Shown one piece after another: positions 17,900 through 26,560 of a stretch of DNA of 64,000 bases. A program made the position numbers and the translations under genes. The notes under the pieces were generated by a model. That model saw only the letters and a list, made by a program, of their open reading frames with translations. It was not told the origin of the DNA and made no database searches. The number at the start of each line of letters is the position of its first letter. Position 1 is the stretch's first letter. The stretch is from positions 248,001 through 312,000 of the IMG/VR virus record IMGVR_UViG_3300023174_000036; one strand, given 5' to 3'.

Positions 17900-19792
17900 T
17901 TAAAATTGTACTACTGACCCTAAAATTCTCCGCTCAGCCAATAACAAATTTCCATAAGTGTATTGGTTTGACCGTGTAACATCTTCGTAGAATTCTCTTT
18001 CGTCTTTATATAAATCAAAAGATATCTTTTTAATAAAACCTCTAGAAGTATTCAATCGCTTTGCACTGTAAATTATATTTCCTTCGTTATACACTAACGA
18101 CGGCGTGACACCTTTTTCAACAAACCATTTTTCAACAATAGGTCCAAGATTTTCATAATGTTTGAAATATTCCACAATAAAATAAATGAATCTATGTACC
18201 TGTGGCCCATCGTTGTTTAACCATGTTAAATTATGAAATGTCTCATTTATCTCGTCAGACACGAGTTCATCCAGATGTTTTTCAAAATGAGTGAATGATT
18301 CTAAACTAGCTAATTTTAACAACGGATAGCATTCATTATAAAACTGTCTTAAGAAATCTCCAAATTTTATATTTTTTATTGTTAACAACTGGTTAATAGA
18401 TTTCCGATAGACTCCACTTTGATTAAAGAAAATATATAGTGCATATGCAGTTGTGAATTCTTTATAGTCACTTCTTGTAAATGTACCACCTTCAACAACA
18501 ATTTCACTAGGAATACCATCAGGTGCCTGGTCAGCACGTTTGAGAGCTGTTTTAATACCCCATTTGGCTCTGTATTCTTTTTCATAACTTTCAGCTTCAG
18601 GTAACAGGTACCATTCATATGCTCGCACTAATATTTGTTTTTCGTACGGTATATTAAATTCATTGTACCATGTATCCAACGTGGTACCTGGAAGTCCCAT
18701 AATGATTTCAATAGTGGCTTCGTAACCAAACCCTGTTCGGAGGTAATCTGCTAATTCGAAATGCTCATTGGCTCGTAAGTCTGTGCGCTTGATGTTCTCC
18801 AATATTTCAGGAGTAAACGACTGTTGAGATATCTTATATGCATAAGACAATTTATTAACAGCCTCAATAGTAAAGATACGCTTTAAATAATCAAAGTGTT
18901 TGTTAGTTTTAGCATATCCGCCGTATTGCACATTTGGAAATCGATCTTTTGGATAATTTTGTTTTCTATCCGCAATGTATTGTACTATTTCAACATCGCG
19001 TTCGCCGTTAATTCCAAAATTAGCATCGCACACGTACACACTGCTGATATTATAACTCAGCAATATGTCTAAATCTTTTTTGACACAATCCAAATCTTTT
19101 AGAATTACTTTGGTGCCGATGCCGCCACCCCAATCACAAAATGTGCATTCGTAAGGACAACCCCTAGTTGTTTCAATTTTGCTGTGTAATGTTGGATTTT
19201 CTGAATTTGCATAGTAGTAATTGACATATTCTTGTATGTAATCTTTCTGCGATTCAAAAGCAGAAAAGTTCCATTTGAAATCTCGTTTGTAAGATGCTTT
19301 TGGACTACGCAACATCATGGAACGATCTTTGCTAGGATAAACCATTTGTTCTACAGTGTTCCAATTGATAGTATTTTCATCTGTTAAATTATCTAGTATA
19401 TCAGCAATAGCAATCTCGCCATATACTTCGCTGGGTAAACTTGCATCAATAAACCAATTTTTCTGAAACCAGTCTGCATGATGTTTAAAATATTGGTGGG
19501 GACCGCCTGTAACAATTATACATTTTGGCCATTGTTGTTTTGCCCATTTCAACAATGCCATTGTTCTATCATAATTCCATACATATAAACTCACGCCTAG
19601 AATATCAGGAGGATTTAATGCCAGCACACGTTTGTTATCTTCTATATCATTATGAACTTCAGAAGTTGGCAATATCCAATTGTACTTTTCAGGATGGTTG
19701 CCATACAATTCATAAAATGTTTTTGCACTGGGCCATAATACCGGGATAAAATCATTCCAGCCAGTTAGTGATAAAAGTTGTATGTTTTTCAT
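17900..19792 (-). CDS. B12-binding-domain radical SAM protein
   Basis: ILGVSLYVWN...VTGGPH N-terminal domain; TTRGCPYECTFCDW; IMGLPG. Confidence 0.85.
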   Translation of the reverse strand: MKNIQLLSLTGWNDFIPVLWPSAKTFYELYGNHPEKYNWILPTSEVHNDIEDNKRVLALNPPDILGVSLYVWNYDRTMALLKWAKQQWPKCIIVTGGPHQYFKHHADWFQKNWFIDASLPSEVYGEIAIADILDNLTDENTINWNTVEQMVYPSKDRSMMLRSPKASYKRDFKWNFSAFESQKDYIQEYVNYYYANSENPTLHSKIETTRGCPYECTFCDWGGGIGTKVILKDLDCVKKDLDILLSYNISSVYVCDANFGINGERDVEIVQYIADRKQNYPKDRFPNVQYGGYAKTNKHFDYLKRIFTIEAVNKLSYAYKISQQSFTPEILENIKRTDLRANEHFELADYLRTGFGYEATIEIIMGLPGTTLDTWYNEFNIPYEKQILVRAYEWYLLPEAESYEKEYRAKWGIKTALKRADQAPDGIPSEIVVEGGTFTRSDYKEFTTAYALYIFFNQSGVYRKSINQLLTIKNIKFGDFLRQFYNECYPLLKLASLESFTHFEKHLDELVSDEINETFHNLTWLNNDGPQVHRFIYFIVEYFKHYENLGPIVEKWFVEKGVTPSLVYNEGNIIYSAKRLNTSRGFIKKISFDLYKDEREFYEDVTRSNQYTYGNLLLAERRILGSVVQF

Positions 19793-19834
19793 TCAAATAC
19801 TTATCCTTTAAAAGTGGCCTGCCATAAATATTTC

Positions 19835-20506
19835 ATGATTTATATATTTGGTGGAAGTTTTCTTGCTCCTGGAGCGGCTGACAGTTGGATAACGCGACTG
19901 TCTAACAACTATGAGGTGTGCAATCTTGCCAAACAAAACAGTGCTAATCCAAATATATTTTTAACATTTCTATCTGCAAAAGACAAAATGGTTAAAGATG
20001 ATACTGTGATTATTGCATGGGATGATTACATGTTTCCAAATGTTAATAATGTTGACGATATTCCTGCTCGAAAAAGAGACACTGTTATGGGAACATATCT
20101 TGAATATTTTTTCAACAGTGATCTTGCCAAACTTCATTATAACTATTACTTAAATTATGTCAAAGACTATGCTGTTAACAACTCTATAAATTTAATTGTG
20201 TTATGGGCAGTACCAAGTAACTATATTACTACAGATACTTGGGCAAGTCAAGGGCCTTGGAGTTACGATTATCTTAAACCCAATGAATTTCAGTATGCTG
20301 TTAATTTTGATAATGAAATACGACCAGCTCTGATGTATTTTAGTAAAAAAGAACTTGCTGGTATGTCACCCAAAGCACTTGAGAAATATCTAATGGATGA
20401 TCCTCGTCCAAATCATATTAAAGACTTATCTGTGCATGATAAACTTTATTCAGCTGTGGCAGATTTTGTGGATAAAAAACAAACAGGATGTGTTAATTTA
20501 ACATGA
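19835..20506 (+). CDS. SGNH-like hypothetical protein
   Basis: IFGGSF block I-like; C-terminal HI; TAAATA just upstream. Confidence 0.5.
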   Translation: MIYIFGGSFLAPGAADSWITRLSNNYEVCNLAKQNSANPNIFLTFLSAKDKMVKDDTVIIAWDDYMFPNVNNVDDIPARKRDTVMGTYLEYFFNSDLAKLHYNYYLNYVKDYAVNNSINLIVLWAVPSNYITTDTWASQGPWSYDYLKPNEFQYAVNFDNEIRPALMYFSKKELAGMSPKALEKYLMDDPRPNHIKDLSVHDKLYSAVADFVDKKQTGCVNLT

Positions 20507-21165
20507 ACATATTAATATGCGGAGACAGTTTTGCCGCCGACTGGACAGTTAAATATTCTGGCCAAGGATGGCCAAATTTATTAGCACAGGAGTTTGCTGT
20601 GACTAATCTAGCACAAGCCGGTTGTAGTGAATACAAAATTCTCAAACAATTGGAATCAGTTGATTTAGCTGTGTATGATAAAATTGTCATTTCGCATACC
20701 AGTCCTTATAGGATTTATATCAAAAAACATCCTATACACTACAACGATCCTCTGCACAAAAATTGTGATTTAATCTATACAGATATAAAAGAACATGTAC
20801 TAAAAGATCAAACATTACAACCTATGGTTGACTATTTTGAAAATCATTTTGATTTTGAACATGCAAAATACATGCATACTTTGTTGTGTGAAAAGATAAT
20901 AAAATTATTGGAACCAGTACAAGATCGTGTGTTGCATATTTCCAATATAGATTGGGAAGACTTGTATCAATTTTCAAACATGGTTAATTTTTCTTATTTG
21001 TTTGAAACAAATAGGGGATTGATGAACCATTTTGATTTGGAGGGCAATCAAATTGTATTTAATAGACTCAAAAATTTATTGCAATTGGTTGCGGGGCTTG
21101 GATTTGAACCAAGGATGGCAATGGCTTATGAGACCACGCTGGTGACCGGACCCTCCCCGCGATAA
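20503..21165 (+). CDS. SGNH-like hypothetical protein
   Basis: ICGDSFAAD, NLAQAGCS, C-terminal NH; 3' end runs antisense through a tRNA. Confidence 0.6.
   Translation: MNILICGDSFAADWTVKYSGQGWPNLLAQEFAVTNLAQAGCSEYKILKQLESVDLAVYDKIVISHTSPYRIYIKKHPIHYNDPLHKNCDLIYTDIKEHVLKDQTLQPMVDYFENHFDFEHAKYMHTLLCEKIIKLLEPVQDRVLHISNIDWEDLYQFSNMVNFSYLFETNRGLMNHFDLEGNQIVFNRLKNLLQLVAGLGFEPRMAMAYETTLVTGPSPR
21086..21161 (-). tRNA. tRNA-Met(CAT), initiator-like (C1xA72) with atypical D arm
   Basis: CGCGGGG/CCCCGCA-A-CCA, loop CT-CAT-AA. Confidence 0.8.
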
Positions 21166-21176
21166 CTTATAGTGGT

Positions 21177-21803
21177 TTATGTTGCAATGTCGTAATCTAA
21201 ATTGCCAGCAATACATATCCTATACTCGTCGCTGGTATAAAACGGATGAACGCTATGTGACATCCTTGATGGAAACATAATCATCCTACCTTCCCAACTA
21301 TTATCAACTGGCATGGCATTTAATTGCACTTGACCTAACACATCTGTGTAATGTATATTGAATGAAGGACCTGTTATTGATGTTTTTTCCGATAAAGTAT
21401 TGTGATTTAATTCGTCTGCCATCATAAATGGTACTCGCAACCAGATTACAAAACTAAGTATTCCTTCATGAAAGTGTGCAGACATAAATTCTGTTTTTTC
21501 TTGAAAATTCACCCAACATTTTGTTATCTTTAATTTTCGATTAGTATTCAAATCTCTATAATTAAATGTTGATTTAAACTCGTTCGTTAATGGAATTATT
21601 TTTGACTCTAGATAACTTAAACAATCTATTATTGCAAATTCTTTTTTTACATTGCCGGCATGAAAATGATTTACAAAACTAGCATTCTCGCTATTGAGAA
21701 TAGAATTAACTTCTTTCCACAGAGGTTTTAATTCATCATCTGAAAGCGAGTTTCCTAAAATACCTATATTGGGAAAATGTAGTTGTAAACTTTGATCTAA
21801 CAT
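21177..21803 (-). CDS. 2OG-Fe(II) oxygenase (phage TIGR02466-like)
   Basis: CWVN...HFH...MFPSRMSHSV...RICIAGN. Confidence 0.8.
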   Translation of the reverse strand: MLDQSLQLHFPNIGILGNSLSDDELKPLWKEVNSILNSENASFVNHFHAGNVKKEFAIIDCLSYLESKIIPLTNEFKSTFNYRDLNTNRKLKITKCWVNFQEKTEFMSAHFHEGILSFVIWLRVPFMMADELNHNTLSEKTSITGPSFNIHYTDVLGQVQLNAMPVDNSWEGRMIMFPSRMSHSVHPFYTSDEYRICIAGNLDYDIAT

Positions 21804-21861
21804 TTAAAATCCTTCTACTTGTAAAAATTAATTCCTTATGTTTTTACTTATCAAGTAAATT

Positions 21862-21938
21862 TGGTCGGAGTACAAGGATTCGAACCTTGGACCCCCTGGT
21901 CCCAAACCAGGTGCGCTACCAGACTGCGCTACACTCCG
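21862..21938 (-). tRNA. tRNA-Pro(TGG)
   Basis: Cloverleaf, CCA. Confidence 0.95.
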
Positions 21939-22177
21939 AATTGTTTCTTTCTAATCTTCATTCCAACATAAGTGCCACAAAATGCGCCTGCCATTGCTGG
22001 AATAATTAGCCAGTGATTGGTTGTGTAATTTATAACGGCTACACTTCCTAAAATATAGCAGGCTACACTCCATCCGCTGGCTTTTAATACTTGTTCGTAT
22101 TGTATACATCTCAGATAGTATGTGTAAACAATATCAAGTAAAAAAATTGCAAAAAATGTTGTTATGTAATCTATCAT
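21929..22177 (-). CDS. Small membrane protein
   Basis: Three hydrophobic segments. Confidence 0.65.
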   Translation of the reverse strand: MIDYITTFFAIFLLDIVYTYYLRCIQYEQVLKASGWSVACYILGSVAVINYTTNHWLIIPAMAGAFCGTYVGMKIRKKQFGV

Positions 22178-22181
22178 ATCA

Positions 22182-22255
22182 TGGAGCGGGATAAGAGAAT
22201 CGAACTCTTGACCGAAGATTGGAAATCTGCTGTTTTACCATTAAACTAATCCCGC
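22182..22255 (-). tRNA. tRNA-Gly(TCC)
   Basis: Cloverleaf, CCA. Confidence 0.95.
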
Positions 22256-22260
22256 ATACT

Positions 22261-22351
22261 TTATTAGAATACATTTAAGCCTTTTTCATCACGCTGATGG
22301 TGGCCGGTCCTTGCTACTCAAACTATGTTCAAGCTAAATGTACTTTAATAA
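22261..22351 (-). ncRNA. Stem-capped small RNA A (UUUGAGUAG-CAAGGACCGGCCA motif)
   Basis: Long terminal stem; motif shared with element B at 24274-24406. Confidence 0.5.
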
Positions 22352-22352
22352 A

Positions 22353-22554
22353 GTGTCCGGCTACTCACACCACATGAGCCCCGGACTGAGCGGTTACTCT
22401 GTCCACGTTCTTTTCCATTTAGACGGGCAACGTCCCTGCCTTTGTGATTTCTCAAGTCGTTCCTAAAGAGAACCTTGCGGTAGATCCAACGCACCGTACA
22501 GTTATCGTTACTGTAATGACGCACTTTATTAACGTAAAAGTGTAATCCGGGGTC
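22353..22554 (-). ncRNA. Unassigned ~200-nt multibranch structured RNA
   Basis: Closing stem GACCCCGGAT/GTCCGGGGCTC and several internal hairpins; no ORF. Confidence 0.5.
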
Positions 22555-22558
22555 TTTT

Positions 22559-22634
<76 letters not shown>

Positions 22635-22650
22635 AAGCTATTACTTATTT

Positions 22651-22884
22651 TTAAGTAGTACTAGTACTAGCAGTTCCGGTATCGTTAGTTTGATATCCAG
22701 TAGGGCCGTTTCCACGTAGTGCATTTTTATCACGTGTAGGAGTTTTGATAACAATTTCACTACATAACTGAGCATCAATCATCATTCGCTTGTATTGATT
22801 TCGTTGATCAGCAGTTGCGCCTTTCATCAATCCAATCATGCGTTTTGTTGTTTTACTCAGTTTAAATGTCTTGTTTGGTTTCAT
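22651..22884 (-). CDS. Hypothetical protein
   Basis: ORF with AAGG SD between tRNA genes. Confidence 0.65.
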   Translation of the reverse strand: MKPNKTFKLSKTTKRMIGLMKGATADQRNQYKRMMIDAQLCSEIVIKTPTRDKNALRGNGPTGYQTNDTGTASTSTT

Positions 22885-22903
22885 GTTTTACCTTTTAGTT
22901 ATT

Positions 22904-22993
22904 TGGCGGAACGAAAGAGACTCGAACTCTTAAACCGACTTTCGCCGATCGACGGATTAGCAATCCGCTCCAATACCATTATGGGACCGTTCC
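22904..22993 (-). tRNA. tRNA-Ser(GCT)
   Basis: Long variable arm, G73, CCA. Confidence 0.95.
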
Positions 22994-23019
22994 TTGTTCT
23001 TTTACTTATTACTAATACT

Positions 23020-23104
23020 TGGTGCGAGTGGCCGGAATCGAACCGGCACGACCGAAGCCGAGAGATTTTAAGTCTCTTGTGTCTACCTATTTCACCACAC
23101 TCGC
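23020..23104 (-). tRNA. tRNA-Leu(TAA)
   Basis: Long variable arm, CCA. Confidence 0.95.
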
Positions 23105-23108
23105 AATT

Positions 23109-23339
23109 TTAAACTCGTTCTCGCTTTGTTCTGCCAATGCGGCTAGCTTTGTTCCAATTGTAAACAGCACCATCCGGGCATTTACCATTTGCAACAGTGT
23201 CTACACCAAATCGTCCCACTACTTCAAAATCTGGACCTTTAATAGTTACAAATACCCCAACGGCCTTGGCGTATGCCATTGCTTCGTTTAAGGTTATAAA
23301 TCTTTCTAATTCTCTGTCATTACATATAACTTTGTACAT
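23109..23339 (-). CDS. Hypothetical protein (MYKVICNDRE...)
   Basis: ATG just downstream of the 23346-23374 promoter; the longer ORF-track start lies inside tRNA-Trp. Confidence 0.65.
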   Translation of the reverse strand: MYKVICNDRELERFITLNEAMAYAKAVGVFVTIKGPDFEVVGRFGVDTVANGKCPDGAVYNWNKASRIGRTKRERV

Positions 23340-23345
23340 GTTGTT

Positions 23346-23374
23346 ATTATACTCTCTTCTGGTGCTGTTGTCAA
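23346..23374 (-). promoter_or_regulatory. Consensus sigma70 promoter TTGACA-N17-TATAAT
   Basis: Perfect consensus. Confidence 0.85.
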
Positions 23375-23387
23375 CACTTATTTTATA

Positions 23388-23461
23388 TGGCGTACCCTCA
23401 GGGACTCGAACCCCGACCGACAGTTTTGGAGACTGTAATGCTGCCATTACACTAAGGATAC
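23388..23461 (-). tRNA. tRNA-Trp(CCA)
   Basis: Loop CT-CCA-AA, G73, CCA. Confidence 0.95.
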
Positions 23462-24004
23462 ATATTCTTTAAAAATTTCTTCTGCTTGGTTCCAACACAA
23501 TGGTTTGTTATCTTTTATTAATGGAAAAGAAAAACAATACCTTTCAGAATCAACTGCTGATATATTGTGTAACATACCAACATTGACTAAACTTGGTTGT
23601 CCTACTTGGGCCGAATATACTAGCTCGCAATCCTCTTCCTCTGCTAGTATATAATCAGTTCCTGTTGGAGTTTTTAGACATTTTAATTTACTTGGATCTT
23701 TACAAACAAACCAATTCATTTTTGATGGTGTATTGCAATACACAAAATTAATTTTTACATGATTGTCAAAATCTTCATCGTCCAAATGAATTGGTAGTTT
23801 ATTGTATTCGCCCTCATTGGCTGGATTTGATTTTAAATGAAATAGCTCTGCTTTACCAATTTCTATTTGTAGTGATGACAACCAGTCTATCAATTCTTTA
23901 TTGATTAAACTTTTATCGTACATCGATATTACCGGAGCGTTTTCCAGAAAAACTGGCATAAATTTAACCGGAATATTTAAGTTATGATGGAATGTATTTT
24001 TCAT
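23447..24004 (-). CDS. Hypothetical protein, possible 2OG/cupin fold
   Basis: IHLD...HNI...RY pattern. Confidence 0.5.
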   Translation of the reverse strand: MKNTFHHNLNIPVKFMPVFLENAPVISMYDKSLINKELIDWLSSLQIEIGKAELFHLKSNPANEGEYNKLPIHLDDEDFDNHVKINFVYCNTPSKMNWFVCKDPSKLKCLKTPTGTDYILAEEEDCELVYSAQVGQPSLVNVGMLHNISAVDSERYCFSFPLIKDNKPLCWNQAEEIFKEYVSLV

Positions 24005-24017
24005 ACGTTATTTATTA

Positions 24018-24107
24018 TGGCGGAAGCGGTGAGATTCGAACTCACGGTGCCTTTCGACACGACAGTTTTCAAGACTGTTGCAATAAGCCGGACTCTGCCA
24101 CGCTTCC
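24018..24107 (-). tRNA. tRNA-Ser(TGA)
   Basis: Long variable arm, CCA. Confidence 0.95.
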
Positions 24108-24112
24108 TAATT

Positions 24113-24197
24113 TGGTGCCCCCCAAGAGACTCGAACTCTCACACCTTTCGATACCAGAACCTAAATCTGGCGCGTCTACCAATTTCGCCAAAGGGGC
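24113..24197 (-). tRNA. tRNA-Leu(TAG)
   Basis: Long variable arm, CCA. Confidence 0.95.
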
Positions 24198-24203
24198 AAA
24201 TAG

Positions 24204-24267
24204 AAACACACTAAGGGCAATGCCATCTTACTATCCCAGTATGTCGGGTGTTGCTTAGTGTGCTTTT
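24204..24267 (-). ncRNA. Stem-capped small RNA C
   Basis: AAAGCACACTAAG...CTTAGTGTGTTT terminal stem. Confidence 0.4.
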
Positions 24268-24273
24268 ATATAC

Positions 24274-24406
24274 TTCCATATAGGTGCTCTCTGCGGCGCT
24301 TGAATCCTCGGTAGCCCTTCTCTTCATGGCCGGTCCTTGTACATGGTCGACATTGACAAGTATTTCGGTGTTCCACTGTAGCTACTCAAAGAGCACGTAT
24401 ATGGAA
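24274..24406 (-). ncRNA. Stem-capped small RNA B (UUUGAGUAGC...CAAGGACCGGCCA motif)
   Basis: Stem TTCCATATACGTGCTCT/AGAGCACCTATATGGAA overlapping tRNA-Glu CCA; motif shared with A. Confidence 0.5.
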
Positions 24407-24476
24407 GAGCCAAGGGGAGTCGAACCCCTCTTCTCAGGATGAAAACCTGATGTCCTAACCGATAGACGATGGCTCC
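24402..24476 (-). tRNA. tRNA-Glu(TTC) copy 1
   Basis: Cloverleaf, loop TT-TTC-AT, CCA. Confidence 0.9.
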
Positions 24477-24527
24477 ATATGTAATTTTAATTTTTAATGA
24501 ACGAGACTAATTGCTTAGTATGTGACT

Positions 24528-24556
24528 ATTATATAACAACAATATAAGTTAGTCAA
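24528..24556 (-). promoter_or_regulatory. Sigma70-like promoter TTGACT-N17-TATAAT within tRNA array
   Basis: Direct motif match. Confidence 0.75.
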
Positions 24557-24564
24557 CCTTTATC

Positions 24565-24639
24565 TGGCCGGCCATGCAGGAATCGAACCCACACCCTCTG
24601 TTTCGAAGACAGAGATGATATCCATTTCACCAATGGCCG
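24565..24639 (-). tRNA. tRNA-Arg(TCG)
   Basis: Loop CT-TCG-AA, CCA. Confidence 0.9.
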
Positions 24640-24653
24640 TAATATATATTTAC

Positions 24654-24728
24654 TGGTCCGGCTAGCAGGAATCGAACCCACATTCATGAGGTAGAAGCTC
24701 ATTGTACTATCCATTGTACTATAGCCAG
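24654..24728 (-). tRNA. tRNA-Arg(TCT)
   Basis: Loop CT-TCT-AC, CCA. Confidence 0.9.
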
Positions 24729-24729
24729 C

Positions 24730-24810
24730 TGGTACCCCAGGCGGGATTTGAACCCGCATCTAAATTTCTCCTTTTGAGAGAGACGACTTTGCCAATTTGT
24801 CTACTGGGGC
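24730..24810 (-). tRNA. tRNA-Leu(CAA)
   Basis: Loop CT-CAA-AA, CCA. Confidence 0.9.
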
Positions 24811-24816
24811 ATTGTT

Positions 24817-24892
24817 TGGTGCAACCTCCAGGAATCGAACCTGGTTCAACGGTTCTTCAGACCGCCGCTATGACCACATCAGCTAAAGTTGC
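24817..24892 (-). tRNA. tRNA-Phe(GAA)
   Basis: Cloverleaf, CCA. Confidence 0.95.
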
Positions 24893-24894
24893 AT

Positions 24895-24986
24895 TGGTAC
24901 CAGCGGAGGGGATCGAACCCTCTCAAGAACGCTAATCTGGCGCTAAAAGTCTTATAAGGACTCTCTGACTACCAAGTCTCGCTGGC
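24895..24986 (-). tRNA. Atypical tRNA with TAT anticodon (Ile by anticodon), long variable arm, reduced D arm
   Basis: GCCAGCG/CGCTGGT-A-CCA, loop CT-TAT-AA, 92 nt. Confidence 0.75.
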
Positions 24987-24994
24987 ATTAAAAT

Positions 24995-25070
24995 TGGGGT
25001 GTTAGATGGGGAACGATCCCATACTATCGCTTTCACAGAGCAATGTGCAGACCACTACACTACTAACACC
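24995..25070 (-). tRNA. tRNA-His(GTG)
   Basis: G-1:C73, loop CT-GTG-AA, T loop GATCG variant. Confidence 0.9.
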
Positions 25071-25075
25071 ATAGA

Positions 25076-25149
25076 TGGCACCCGGACTAGGGATCGAACC
25101 TAGGCTAACAGAGTCAAAGTCTGTTGTGCTACCATTACACAATCCGGGA
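25076..25149 (-). tRNA. tRNA-Gln(TTG)
   Basis: Cloverleaf, CCA. Confidence 0.95.
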
Positions 25150-25327
25150 ATAAATATTTGTGTGAAGACTTACGAACACATAACACCGCAAGGGTTACAT
25201 TTTCATCTTTGTTTATACGAAGGTGTATGCTGTGTCATGGTACAGGATGTGTACGACAATACATATTTTGAACTACAGTACTTCACTGATGTTAACAAAG
25301 CATTGCGCTTTATCAATAACTTATAAA

Positions 25328-25401
25328 TGGAGCGGGTAGCGAGAATCGAACTCGCGAATAAACCTTGGCAAGGTTTCAGGTTACCATTACATCATACCCG
25401 C
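25328..25401 (-). tRNA. tRNA-Gly(GCC)
   Basis: Cloverleaf, U73, CCA. Confidence 0.95.
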
Positions 25402-25660
25402 ATAAGAAATTAGTAAAAAGCTCTGAGAAGTTTTGGTCCGCACTCAAGCGAAACATGGCTACCCGCGGTTCACAGCCGCGCCCTACTTGTCTAGCAAACA
25501 TGGAGTATCACTTACTTTCGAGGATCTCCCGGACTGTAATCCTGATCCACCACCCGGTTGAAGTGCAGTTTATAACTGCAAAATCATTTGAGGCTTCCGA
25601 CCTTTGATGATTACTCTTGCGAGACTTCTCGATACCTTGAGCCTTTTACTAATTGCTTAT
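25402..25660 (-). ncRNA. Unassigned ~255-nt multibranch structured RNA
   Basis: ~22-bp interrupted closing stem (AATTAGTAAAA/TTTTACTAATT), nested GAGAAGT/ACTTCTC, GNRA-capped hairpins. Confidence 0.55.
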
Positions 25661-26268
25661 GAAAATTCTGGACGTTTAAAATTTATATTAAACGAAATAC
25701 TTATACGTTCATCATCTGTGTAATTTGCAGGAACACCGTGATTTAACCAGCCCGGAAACAAAATAAATTTACCAATCTTAGGTTCGTAAGATACGTTGTT
25801 TGGAAGATGTTCAAGCAAATATGTTGAAAACTGCGGAACTGGATTCATAAAATTTATGCTGCCGTCATCGCCATTTGTTCTGTAATAATAAACACCTGCA
25901 ATGTCTACACTGCCATGATTGTGTGTATGTGCAAATTCATTTTTTCCAGTATTGGTCATCCAAGATTGTATAATTCTAAATTCTTGTATCTTGCTCACTG
26001 GCACGTCTAGCATTCGCATGTACTCAAACACATGAAACTTCAAAGCGTCAATAAACGCAGTGGTTTGATAGTCCAACAGTAGATTGGATTCGAACGATGT
26101 GTCTGACAATTTGTGTGTGTTTGGCAACCATTGCTCGTTGTGTTTGAACGAATCCTTTGCTTTCAAATCCGCAACTACCCGATCTAATTCTGATTGTACT
26201 GCAATTAATTCGTCGCCCTCAATCACACTGTTATAAATTGGTGTTGCAAAGTATCCATGAACGCTCAT
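25657..26268 (-). CDS. 2OG-Fe(II) oxygenase (phage TIGR02466-like)
   Basis: SWMT...HTHNH...LFPGWLNHGV...RISISFN. Confidence 0.85.
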   Translation of the reverse strand: MSVHGYFATPIYNSVIEGDELIAVQSELDRVVADLKAKDSFKHNEQWLPNTHKLSDTSFESNLLLDYQTTAFIDALKFHVFEYMRMLDVPVSKIQEFRIIQSWMTNTGKNEFAHTHNHGSVDIAGVYYYRTNGDDGSINFMNPVPQFSTYLLEHLPNNVSYEPKIGKFILFPGWLNHGVPANYTDDERISISFNINFKRPEFS

Positions 26269-26304
26269 ACATATCCTTTATTTTAGAATATTTATTTTTA
26301 TGCT

Positions 26305-26379
26305 TGGTGGTAATAGTAGGATTTGAACCTACACCTTGCTCCGTATGAAGGAGGTGCACTACCGTTATGCTATATTACC
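26305..26379 (-). tRNA. tRNA(CAT): elongator Met or Ile2
   Basis: Loop TT-CAT-AC, G1-C72, CCA; identity not decidable by eye. Confidence 0.85.
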
Positions 26380-26380
26380 A

Positions 26381-26481
26381 TATGTAAACACACTAAGGTG
26401 TATTAAGTATGCGGGCTATGCCTATCGCAGTGACTGGGATACCAAACCTGATCTTTTTACAGATTAAAGTATGTTTACATA
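26381..26481 (-). ncRNA. Stem-capped small RNA D
   Basis: TATGTAAACATACT...AGTGTGTTTACATA terminal stem between two tRNAs. Confidence 0.4.
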
Positions 26482-26556
26482 TGGTAGGGGCACAGGGAAT
26501 CGAACCCTGATAGACTGGTTAAAAGCCAGCTATTCTAGCCGTTGAATTATACCCCC
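26482..26556 (-). tRNA. tRNA-Lys(TTT)
   Basis: Loop CT-TTT-AA, CCA. Confidence 0.95.
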
Positions 26557-26560
26557 ATAT

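Noticed and set aside
22353-22554. RNase P RNA
   Set aside because: Lacks the GAGGAAAGUCC and AGAACCCGGCUUA P4 signatures; kept as an unassigned ncRNA
23340-23447. N-terminal extension of ORF 23109-23447 in the ORF track
   Set aside because: Runs through tRNA-Trp and a consensus promoter; ATG at 23339 is the plausible start
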